NCBI GenBank assembly: GCA_049284515.1
Contig: JBAPYB010000416.1
Coordinates: 3,582 to 67,581, forward strand
Direction of reading: 5' to 3'
DNA from: Thermoanaerobaculia bacterium
GTDB lineage: Bacteria; Acidobacteriota; Thermoanaerobaculia; Multivoradales; UBA5704
DNA: 64,000 nucleotides
The notes under the pieces are model-generated. The model was not told the DNA's origin. It made no database searches and saw only the letters and a list, made by a program, of their open reading frames with translations. Shown piece after piece: positions 38,595 to 46,381 of the stretch. Position 1 is the stretch's first letter. Each line of letters begins with the position of its first letter. The position numbers and the translations under genes were made by a program.

Positions 38595-39437
38595 ATGGCA
38601 AACGTACTCAGCACCGCGAAGCGCTCCCAGATCGTCGCCGCCCTAATCGAGGGGATGGGCGTGAGGGCAACTGCCCGGATGGTCGATGTCTCGAAGGACA
38701 CCGTCTCGAAGCTCTCGCTTGAACTCGGGGAAGCCTGCATCCGGTACATGGACGAAACGCTGGTCAACCTGCCCTGCAAGCGGCTTCAGGTGGATGAGAT
38801 CTGGGGCTTCTGCTACGCGAAGCAGAAGAACGTCCCGGCCGCAAAACAGGGCACCTTCGGCTATGGCGATCTCTGGGCGTTCACGGGCGTTTGCGCCGAT
38901 ACGAAGATCATCCCCACCTTCCTGGTAGGCTCGCGGGACGCGGGGAGCGCCACGGCCTTCATGCAGGATCTCGCGGGCCGGCTGACGAACCGGATTCAGC
39001 TCACCACGGACGGGCACAAGATGTACCTGTCCGCGGTGGAGGACGCTTTCGGCGGCGGCGTTGACTACGCGATGCTGGTGAAGGTCTACGGGGACATCCC
39101 GCAGGGTGAGCACCGCTACAGCCAGCCGGACTGCATCGGCGCCCAGAAGCACGCCGTCTCGGGTTGCCCCGATGCCAAGCACGTGAGCACGAGTTTTATT
39201 GAAAGGCACAACCTGACCCTGAGGATGGGCATGAGACGCTATACCAGACTCACGAACGCCCATTCCAAGAAGCTCAGGAACCACACCGCCGCCCTGGGGC
39301 TGTTCCTCTGCTTCTACAACTTCTGCAAGATTCACACGACCTTGCGCGTCACGCCCTGCATGGCGGCCGGCGTTACGTCCCGCGTGTGGGAAATCGCGGA
39401 CCTAGTCAAGCTCCTGGACCGGCCGGCCGCGGCCTAA
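38595..39437 (+). CDS. IS1-family DDE transposase (single-ORF type)
   Basis: N-terminal HTH is RSQIVAALIEGMGVRATARMVDVSKDTV. Also present: QVDEIWGFCYAKQKN, LTTDGHKMY, and ERHNLTLRMGMRRYTRLTNAHSKKLRNH...YNFCKIHTTLRVTPCMAAG. Confidence 0.8.
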   Translation: MANVLSTAKRSQIVAALIEGMGVRATARMVDVSKDTVSKLSLELGEACIRYMDETLVNLPCKRLQVDEIWGFCYAKQKNVPAAKQGTFGYGDLWAFTGVCADTKIIPTFLVGSRDAGSATAFMQDLAGRLTNRIQLTTDGHKMYLSAVEDAFGGGVDYAMLVKVYGDIPQGEHRYSQPDCIGAQKHAVSGCPDAKHVSTSFIERHNLTLRMGMRRYTRLTNAHSKKLRNHTAALGLFLCFYNFCKIHTTLRVTPCMAAGVTSRVWEIADLVKLLDRPAAA

Positions 39438-39588
39438 CCAAGCCCAGCCGCGGCACGGTCTCAGGGGGTTGCCTTCAGGCCAGAACGGAGTATACATACA
39501 ATCAAACCGGAGTCCGGTCCCGTGCTACAATCCCCCTTACCCCCCGAGCGCAGTGCTCAGGGGTGTCTCCTTATGGGCGGAGGAAGCC

Positions 39589-39930
39589 ATGCTAAACTTA
39601 GAACTCGATGCTATCCTGTTCGAGAGAACGCCCGGGTGCTGGGTGGGGCAGTGCCTCCAATACGATATCGGGGCACAGGCAGAGTCGCTGCCGGATCTCG
39701 CCTACCAGCTCGGACGCGCCATAGCCGGCTACGCGGTTATCTGTGAAGAGACCGGGGTAGAGCCGTTCACAGCTCTGGGGTCCGCCCCCAGGGAGTACTG
39801 GGATCTCTGGCGCCGGGCGACACTCACCGTAGTATCACAACAAGAGCCGCGATTCCGGCTACCTAAGGCCGTGTCCGTGCCCGAAACACGCATGAAGGTG
39901 GCAGAGAGCGAGAAGAAGAAGGCGGCTTGA
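39589..39930 (+). CDS. Hypothetical protein, possibly HicB-like antitoxin fold
   Basis: 113 aa from MLNLELDAILFERTPGCWVGQC. The stop lies next to the start of the following ORF. Confidence 0.4.
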   Translation: MLNLELDAILFERTPGCWVGQCLQYDIGAQAESLPDLAYQLGRAIAGYAVICEETGVEPFTALGSAPREYWDLWRRATLTVVSQQEPRFRLPKAVSVPETRMKVAESEKKKAA

Positions 39931-39931
39931 G

Positions 39932-40210
39932 ATGACCTATCCTATGGCGCCGGCCTTGACTCTCCGGCAGTTCATAGACAAGACAGTCCCGCACGGAGTC
40001 GTTGAACGTTCCGTACCTGGGGGTATGGTCGGACCGCGAGGGGATATGAAGATTAGCTATCTCGAAATCGCCCGCCCCGGCGCGATTCGCGTGACTGAGC
40101 CTCTTCCAGAGAATGAGGAATCTCTGCTCGCCTGGGACACAGTAAGGCGTCTTTGCCGCCAGCTAGAGATTCAGCCCCGCGACTTGGACATCGGCCTTCC
40201 ACTCGATTGA
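39932..40210 (+). CDS. Hypothetical protein
   Basis: 92-aa ORF immediately after the previous gene (TGAGATG junction). Confidence 0.4.
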   Translation: MTYPMAPALTLRQFIDKTVPHGVVERSVPGGMVGPRGDMKISYLEIARPGAIRVTEPLPENEESLLAWDTVRRLCRQLEIQPRDLDIGLPLD

Positions 40211-40274
40211 GCCCCGACCCACATCCCCCGGGGCGGCCCCTACCGCCGCCCCGGATTCAAACTAGGACAGTACC

Positions 40275-40575
40275 CAAGGAGCATGCTCTTCGTCACGAAA
40301 AGCGTGCTCTTCATCACGAGAAGCGTGCTCTTTATCGCGAGGAGCATGCTCTTTATTGCGAGTAGCGTGCTCTTTGTCACGATGAGCATGCTCATCATCA
40401 CGAGAAGAGTGCTCATCATCACGAGAAGCGTGCTCATCGTCGCGAGGAGAGCTCTCCTCAAAACGACGAGCGTGCCTCTTGTTCGAAACAGCGCGCTCCT
40501 CGAGACGATGGGAGGGCTCCACGAGGCGTGGAGCGGGCGTACCGAGCCGAGAGGCACGCTCATCGAAGGAAACCT
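40275..40575. repeat. 21-bp tandem repeat array C (about 13-14 units), inverted relative to most of array B
   Basis: Example units are gagcatgctcttcgtcacgaa and aagcgtgctcttcatcacgag. The reverse complement of ~35420-35482 matches 40279-40341 with a few mismatches. Confidence 0.9.
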
Positions 40576-40599
40576 GGCATCCTGAGCCCGGCGGCAGAC

Positions 40600-40735
40600 T
40601 TGTGGGCCCGGCTGGGGCCAAGGGCGCCCTTGGCAGGGCGGATTGAATGGACCGAATGACGCCTACCCAGGGCTTCCGCCGGCTGTCGCCGGCTCCGCCC
40701 TGGGCTACAAATCTGCCGCCCTCCGGGCTCGCGGT
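40600..40735. repeat. REP/MITE-like intergenic element, family 2
   Basis: Shares ccaagggcgcccttggcagggcgga and tgggctac..tctgccgccctccgggctcg with 45845-46155. Confidence 0.55.
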
Positions 40736-40779
40736 ATTGCAAACTGGAACGGTCTCGACTCGCCGAACGTAAACGGAGA

Positions 40780-41829
40780 GTGAAGCCTTTCTTTCGTAGC
40801 TCCCTCCGCGTCCTCGCCGTCACTGTCGTGACTCTCGCCGGCCTCCTGGGGCTGACCGCAGCCGCGATCACCCAGCCGACGTTCAGCATCACACGGCGGC
40901 CGGACGGCCCTCGCGCCGATCCTGAGCGTCTGCGGCGGCACGTGGAGCTGCTCACCCGGGAGGTATGGCCGCGGGACAGCGACCATCCGGAGAACCTCGA
41001 CCGTGCAGCGGTCTATCTGCGAGATCAATTTGCGGCCAGTCGCGTGCGGGTGACAACACCGGACTTCCATGTCCACGGCCGGACCTATCGCAACGTCGTC
41101 GCGTCCTTCGGCCCGGAGGCGGGGCCGATTCTGATCGTCGGCGCCCACTACGACTCTTTCGGCGGCTTCGGTGCCAACCCGGGAGCGGACGACAACGCCA
41201 GCGGCACGGCCGGCCTCCTCGAGCTGGCTCGTCTTCTGGCCGGTCACCGCCTGGAGCAGCGGGTGGATCTCGTGGCATTCGCCAACGAGGAGCCGCCATA
41301 CTTCGGCTCGGCCCAGATGGGAAGCGCCGTTCACGCTCGGTCGCTGGCGGGGCGGGAGGTCCGGGGAATGATCTGCCTGGAGATGATCGGCTACTTCACG
41401 CCACGCCAGCCCTCACCGAACTGGTTATTCCGGTTCCTCTACCCGAACCGGGGCGACTTCATCGCCGTCGCCGGCCGCTGGGCCGACCGCGAGCTCACCC
41501 GCCAAGTCAAACGCGCCATGCGCGGCGGCAGCGACCTCCCTGTCGTGAGCTTCACCGCTCCCCGGTCCGCAGGTCTGGACGGCTCCGACCAGATCAACTA
41601 TTGGGACCGCGGCATTCCTGCCGTGATGGTGACCGATACCGCCGACATCCGGAATCCTCACTATCACAGCCCTTTGGACACGGCGGAGACGCTGGACTAC
41701 CCCCGGATGGCTCGGGTGGTGGATGGCGTGACGAACGCGGTGCTGGCGATTTGTGGAAAGACCGCTCAGCATGCTGCCAGCATGCTACACTCTGAACATG
41801 GCGAATCTCCAGGTCAAGAACCTTCCTGA
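40780..41829 (+). CDS. M28-family aminopeptidase
   Basis: Signal/TM segment at the N-terminus. Contains GAHYDSFGG...GADDNASGTAGLLELARLL and NEEPPYFGS, which are M28 zinc-ligand contexts. Confidence 0.85.
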   Translation: MKPFFRSSLRVLAVTVVTLAGLLGLTAAAITQPTFSITRRPDGPRADPERLRRHVELLTREVWPRDSDHPENLDRAAVYLRDQFAASRVRVTTPDFHVHGRTYRNVVASFGPEAGPILIVGAHYDSFGGFGANPGADDNASGTAGLLELARLLAGHRLEQRVDLVAFANEEPPYFGSAQMGSAVHARSLAGREVRGMICLEMIGYFTPRQPSPNWLFRFLYPNRGDFIAVAGRWADRELTRQVKRAMRGGSDLPVVSFTAPRSAGLDGSDQINYWDRGIPAVMVTDTADIRNPHYHSPLDTAETLDYPRMARVVDGVTNAVLAICGKTAQHAASMLHSEHGESPGQEPS

Positions 41830-42031
41830 GCCCCTTCATACGCGCCTTCGGCGCTATGCGCGGCGGCATCACCGGACGCTCAGCGACGTTGCGCTAGCCG
41901 CTCTTGAGAGAGAGATGAACCGCTGCGAATGGTATGAGCGCTTGGCCCGGCGCCCGCCTACCGACCTCGGGGTCTCGGCGGCCTCGCTGCTTGAGGAAGA
42001 GCGGGGGCAGCGGCAGCGAGATCTCGATTGA
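41798..42031 (+). CDS. VapB/FitA-like antitoxin
   Basis: 77 aa starting MANLQVKNLPEPLHTRLRRYARRHHRTLSD, a typical FitA/VapB N-terminus. 4-nt overlap with the PIN gene. Confidence 0.7.
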   Translation: MANLQVKNLPEPLHTRLRRYARRHHRTLSDVALAALEREMNRCEWYERLARRPPTDLGVSAASLLEEERGQRQRDLD

Positions 42032-42429
42032 GCCGTTTTGTCATCGATGCCTCTGCGGCCGTGGAGTACCTTCTCCGCACTCCTCTCGGCCTCAGGCTCC
42101 AAGACCTCGTCGACGGCTCCTTCTTGATGGCGCCCGCTCTCTTGGATGTTGAAGTGCTCTCCGTATTGAGGCGTGCCGTTCTACACAGAGGACTCTCGGA
42201 AGCCAGGGCGGGATTGGCTCTCGAAGATCTCAGCGAATGGCCCATGGACCGTATACCGCACACAACCCTCATTAAAGAAGCCTGGCGGCATCGGCACAAC
42301 GTCAGTGCCTACGATGCATTCTATGTCGCCGTGGCCCGCCTCTACGAAGCGCCTCTCCTCACTACGGACGGTCCTCTTTCCCGCGCACCAGACCTCGGTA
42401 TCGACATACGCAATCTACGGATGGAGTAA
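42028..42429 (+). CDS. vapC: PIN-domain toxin VapC
   Basis: 133 aa. Has the FVIDASAAVEYLL N-terminus and AYDAFYVAVA...LLTTD motifs. Confidence 0.85.
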   Translation: MSRFVIDASAAVEYLLRTPLGLRLQDLVDGSFLMAPALLDVEVLSVLRRAVLHRGLSEARAGLALEDLSEWPMDRIPHTTLIKEAWRHRHNVSAYDAFYVAVARLYEAPLLTTDGPLSRAPDLGIDIRNLRME

Positions 42430-42607
42430 CAAGCAATCCGACGTTCGGCCCGAAACAGCATTGTCGCGGTCCGACTGCAATCGGGAGTCCATCCACGCCT
42501 GCCGCGCCCCTCCCCCTTTCCCTATCCTCCAGCTCGTGATTTCTATACAATGCGTAAGCTAGAGGGCGATCAAGTCTCACCCACCCGAGGCTTAGAGAGG
42601 TAGAGCT

Positions 42608-45346
42608 ATGGAAATAGGCGACCATCACCTTTTGCTGACTTTCCCTGAAGGGTGGTCGGCTGAGCAGAAGGGCGATTTTTTTGAGAGATTTGTCTCAGAG
42701 ATACTCAAGCCGATGCGATATTCGGTTGTCCAGCGCCTCAGGGTAACGGGAATGGAAATCGATCTTCTCGCAAGGAATGAGGATCAACCTACTACGATCT
42801 TGATAGAATGCAAGGCTCATAGAGATCCCATTTCCGCGGAAGTTATCTCCAAGCTCTTGGGAAATGTTACGCTCAGAAGGGCAGACAGCGGCTGGCTCTT
42901 TACTGCTAGCGACCTGACGAAGGATGCGAGAGGTCAGTGGGAGGAGATCCAAGCTGATCCTGAGCTGCGACGAAGGTTCACGTGGTTCTCACCACATCGG
43001 ACGCTTGATGTCTTAATTAGCCAGAAATCTGTTGTCGACCCACGAGATTTTGAGAGCGCGCTAAATGGCCGCGTAGTCGGCGATTGGACCCTAATCCTCT
43101 CCCCATCTGGCAAATCATGGCTTGCACAAATTGTGGAAGATGGACTTCCGGCTAGATTCAGTGTTTTTGATGCCAGCTCGGGTTTTCCGCTTTCAGCTAA
43201 AGCAGCCCAGGAAGTGGCTAATTCGTCGGCACGCTTTAGCTCCCTAAGCTTTCTCGACGTGGGGGCCGATGACCCTAAACGATACGCGACGCTACCGCCT
43301 CGTGCACCTGTCGCAAGAGTCATCTCTGGGGATGCTTGGGATGATCTACGGCCTTCACGACCACAAGACTTTGTGGGCCGCGACGATCTTATAGGCGATA
43401 TTTTCACATTCTTTGACGAAGTGCGTCAGAGCCGAACCTCGACTCGGATTTTTGCAGTGCAAGGCCCAAGCGGTTGGGGTAAGAGTTCTTTGCTTTTGAA
43501 ACTTGGCGATGTAGCACGGAAAAAGTCTAGATCATATTCACTGACAGCTATAGATACGCGATCAGCCACCAACTCAGCCTTCGTGAGTGAGGCTGTTAGT
43601 ATCGCTTTTGAAGAAGCGCGAGGGAAGGAACTACTGCCTGGAGCTACTAAACTTGAGGTTAACAGTCTTCGCGACCCACTCGATTCAAGTGGATTAGTGG
43701 CCGCGCTCAAAGTTCTCGCCGCTAATCGGACATGCATCGTTTTGGTATTTGACCAATTTGAGGAGCTTTTCGCAAAAGAAGAACTCTTCGAGACGTTTAA
43801 TGCTGTCCGAGATTTAAGCTTTGATATTGACGCGCGACAGGTTCCTATGATTTTGGGCTTCGCTTGGAAGACAGACGTATCGCTGCCACAACAACATCCC
43901 GCTTATCACTTGTGGCATCAGCTCACCGATAGAAGAAGGACCTTCAAGATTAGGGAATTCGGAAAGGGTGATGTAGGAAGATTGATAACCAAAGCTGAAA
44001 GGGCCTCAGGCAAGACGCTTAGCCGCGCCCTAAGGGCTCGCCTAATGGAACAATGCCAGGGATTGCCATGGCTATTGAAGAAACTTTTGGTACATGTCTT
44101 CCATCGAGTATCAGAGGTGCAATCGCAGTACGCACTACTGGAGAGAGAACTGGACGTAGAACTTCTCTTCAAGGAGGATCTGTCAGTGCTCAAGGAAGAG
44201 CAGATCAGATGTCTGAAGTTCGTCGCCAACCGCGCCCCAGTTCCGGTTGCAGAGGTGGAGGAAAACTTTTCGAGAGATACCACAAACCTCTTGATTAACG
44301 ACCATCTGCTTGTACGGAGCGGAATGAACTATGTTGTATATTGGGATATTTTCCGTGATTATTTGGTGGATGAAAAAGTGCCACAAATTCCGTGGGCAAA
44401 GACCTTTCAGCGCGATCCTCAAATGGCTGTAAGGGCCCTCCAAAAGCTGGCCGAGATCGGACCTTCGGCGTCATCTGCTTTGGCCGTTGCCCTTGGTCTC
44501 CGAGAGAAGCCGATTTTCAATATCGTAGGAGACCTTCTTGCATTACAGTTAATAGAACCCGATTCAGATGGGCTTTACACTCCAGCTTCTCATTTGCCTG
44601 ACCTTAGACCCGTAACAATCGCCCGCCACGTGCAAGGGCAACTTTCAAGGCATGTTGTGACGCGCGAATTGTTCTCAAGATGGGAGAGAGGACGGTTAAT
44701 CGATAGTCAGACATGGTATTCGTTCTTCAAAGATGCCCAGCCTCGGACTTCCACATTTTCGCAAAACACCGTTCATCAATATGCAAGCAACTTCCGCAGA
44801 TGGTTGTTGTTCGCCGGGCTTCTCGAACAGGATAGCCGTTGGCTAAGTCGACCTATGGGAAGTGGCTCACTAATGGGGAGTTTGGCTTCACAGAAAACGG
44901 CAGCAGGAGTCTTCTTGGGAACTGCTTCTCCTCCCTCTCTTGAGAGATTATTCATAGTTCTGAAGGAAAGCCGTGGAGTACTTGGAAGATCAGAGATTGC
45001 ACGGCAAGGGCTTCGAAATACTGCAACGGATGCTCTCGCCCTGGGGCTGGTATCAAATAGTCGCGATGGCCTGGTGCGGCTAATAGAGGAGGACTTATCC
45101 GTTGGTGAGTTGACAGCTAGAGCCAAGAGTGCGGTGCTTCGGCAACCGGCGATTCAGGCGGCTGCGCGAGCGAAGAATAGTGACCCTGCCGGCCAGGACA
45201 CGACCGCCATTGGGAGAGAGGTCGAAGAAGAGATGGGAGCGAGTTGGAAACCAAGTTCAGCAAAGCGCTATGGCAGTGGCCTACTGAGATATCTTGCTTG
45301 GGCATCGGCATCGGTTTCGCGCAAGGACGACGGGATGGTTGGCTAG
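42608..45346 (+). CDS. Mrr-like restriction endonuclease domain fused to a STAND-like P-loop NTPase
   Basis: 912 aa in low-GC DNA (sample line 43% G+C). N-terminus is FERFVSEIL...GMEIDLLA...ILIECKAH (D...ExK). Walker A is VQGPSGWGKSSLLLK and Walker B is IVLVFDQFEELF. The C-terminus is long and helical or wHTH-like. Confidence 0.7.
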   Translation: MEIGDHHLLLTFPEGWSAEQKGDFFERFVSEILKPMRYSVVQRLRVTGMEIDLLARNEDQPTTILIECKAHRDPISAEVISKLLGNVTLRRADSGWLFTASDLTKDARGQWEEIQADPELRRRFTWFSPHRTLDVLISQKSVVDPRDFESALNGRVVGDWTLILSPSGKSWLAQIVEDGLPARFSVFDASSGFPLSAKAAQEVANSSARFSSLSFLDVGADDPKRYATLPPRAPVARVISGDAWDDLRPSRPQDFVGRDDLIGDIFTFFDEVRQSRTSTRIFAVQGPSGWGKSSLLLKLGDVARKKSRSYSLTAIDTRSATNSAFVSEAVSIAFEEARGKELLPGATKLEVNSLRDPLDSSGLVAALKVLAANRTCIVLVFDQFEELFAKEELFETFNAVRDLSFDIDARQVPMILGFAWKTDVSLPQQHPAYHLWHQLTDRRRTFKIREFGKGDVGRLITKAERASGKTLSRALRARLMEQCQGLPWLLKKLLVHVFHRVSEVQSQYALLERELDVELLFKEDLSVLKEEQIRCLKFVANRAPVPVAEVEENFSRDTTNLLINDHLLVRSGMNYVVYWDIFRDYLVDEKVPQIPWAKTFQRDPQMAVRALQKLAEIGPSASSALAVALGLREKPIFNIVGDLLALQLIEPDSDGLYTPASHLPDLRPVTIARHVQGQLSRHVVTRELFSRWERGRLIDSQTWYSFFKDAQPRTSTFSQNTVHQYASNFRRWLLFAGLLEQDSRWLSRPMGSGSLMGSLASQKTAAGVFLGTASPPSLERLFIVLKESRGVLGRSEIARQGLRNTATDALALGLVSNSRDGLVRLIEEDLSVGELTARAKSAVLRQPAIQAAARAKNSDPAGQDTTAIGREVEEEMGASWKPSSAKRYGSGLLRYLAWASASVSRKDDGMVG

Positions 45347-45547
45347 TCATGACGAGTTGGGTGGTGTCGTCAGAGTATCCGGTCCAAATTGGTAGCCCTT
45401 CAAAAATCCCTGCAACACCTCCGCATTGGAAGAGGTCGCGTGCCCCTCGCCGCCGACAATCCGGTCGAGGAACCGCCGGCAGGGCAGCCTCTGGAGGCTC
45501 TCCTTGCCAGCGGCGTACATAAAGATATTCGTGTCGATCAGGATCAC
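45347..45547 (-). pseudogene. Truncated PIN-domain (vapC) gene
   Basis: Only ~50 PIN-like residues remain (ILIDTNIFMYAAGKE...). The homology ends where the low-GC insert begins. Confidence 0.65.
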
Positions 45548-45788
45548 GAGTAGCGCCTGGCGACGGACTCTTCAATCATTTCTTCGACAGGCCCCACAGG
45601 AGCGTTGAGCGACTTGAGTAGGGCCAAGGCTTCGCGGGGGCTCAGGTTGCTCCTCCGAGAGTCTCGTCGGCCTTCTCACGTAGTTGACGCCTTGCCCACT
45701 CTGCAAGCGGCAGGCGCGATCGGCGCGCAGCGGCCTGAAAGCTCGAATATTCCTGCTCACTGACGGGGATCTGAATGCGTTTGGTCAT
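45544..45788 (-). pseudogene. Frameshifted RHH-type antitoxin
   Basis: My translation gives MTKRIQIPVSEQEYSSFQAAARRSRLPLAEWARRQLREKADETLGGAT-stop. The expected C-terminus SPREALALLKSLNAPVGPVEEMIEESVARRYS continues in another frame. The 245-nt span is not a multiple of 3. Confidence 0.55.
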
Positions 45789-45844
45789 ACTCTTAGTTAG
45801 GCATGAGTATGACCGCCGGCCTACGGAGCGTCAAGGCAACTGAG

Positions 45845-46155
45845 AGGGTTACTGGCAGCGCTTGCAATCCGCACTTGGCAGGGCGGAGATAGGGTTGGTC
45901 GATCGGGGTTCCCAGGACTCGCGTTTTGGGCTACCAGCCCGGAGGGCGGCAGACTTGTAGCCCAGTGCGCAAGCGCTGGGAAACCGCGCAATATGAATCC
46001 CGAATCCCGCCCTGCCAAGGGCGCCCTTGGCAGGGCGGAGGATGGCGTTGGTCGACCCGGTCCCAGGACTCGCGTCCTGGGCTACGAGTCTGCCGCCCTC
46101 CGGGCTCGTCTCCGGGTCCACCGGGAGAGGTTTACAGGCAGCGCTTGCAATCCGA
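45845..46155. repeat. Cluster of REP/MITE-like elements, family 2
   Basis: ggcagcgcttgcaatccg occurs at both ends. Two copies of cttggcagggcgga...tcccaggactcgcgt..tgggctac are present, with the ctgccgccctccggg core in opposite orientations. Confidence 0.55.
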
Positions 46156-46381
46156 GGGCGTCGTGGTGGGGCAGAGGCTGTCGTCGGACCAGCCTTTGCC
46201 CGCAGCGTGCCGCAGATCCGGCGCGCTCAGTTGCAGAACGGTCTCTCTCGAAAGGTTGAGCTTTTTCAGGGTTTCGGTCTTCTTCATGAGCCGTCTCCTC
46301 TTGTCAGCCGCCCACACCCAGGCTCGGCGGTTTGGTATCAAGAGGTATACGGAGCACGGGATCGACTTGTTGCGGCCCGCT

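Larger units (their letters stand above)
35721..40274 (+). mobile_element. IS1-family transposon with passenger genes (4,554 bp)
   Basis: Perfect 18-bp terminal inverted repeats: GGTACTGTCCTAGTTTGA at 35721-35738 and its reverse complement at 40257-40274. An 8-bp direct duplication CAAGGAGC lies at 35713-35720 and 40275-40282. An internal IS1-type DDE transposase is present, and removing the element restores the 21-bp register. Confidence 0.8.

Noticed and set aside
34298-40575. Possibility that the tandem arrays are CRISPR arrays
   Set aside because: The units are contiguous 21-mers with no unique spacers. The period is far shorter than a CRISPR repeat plus spacer, and there are no cas genes in the window.
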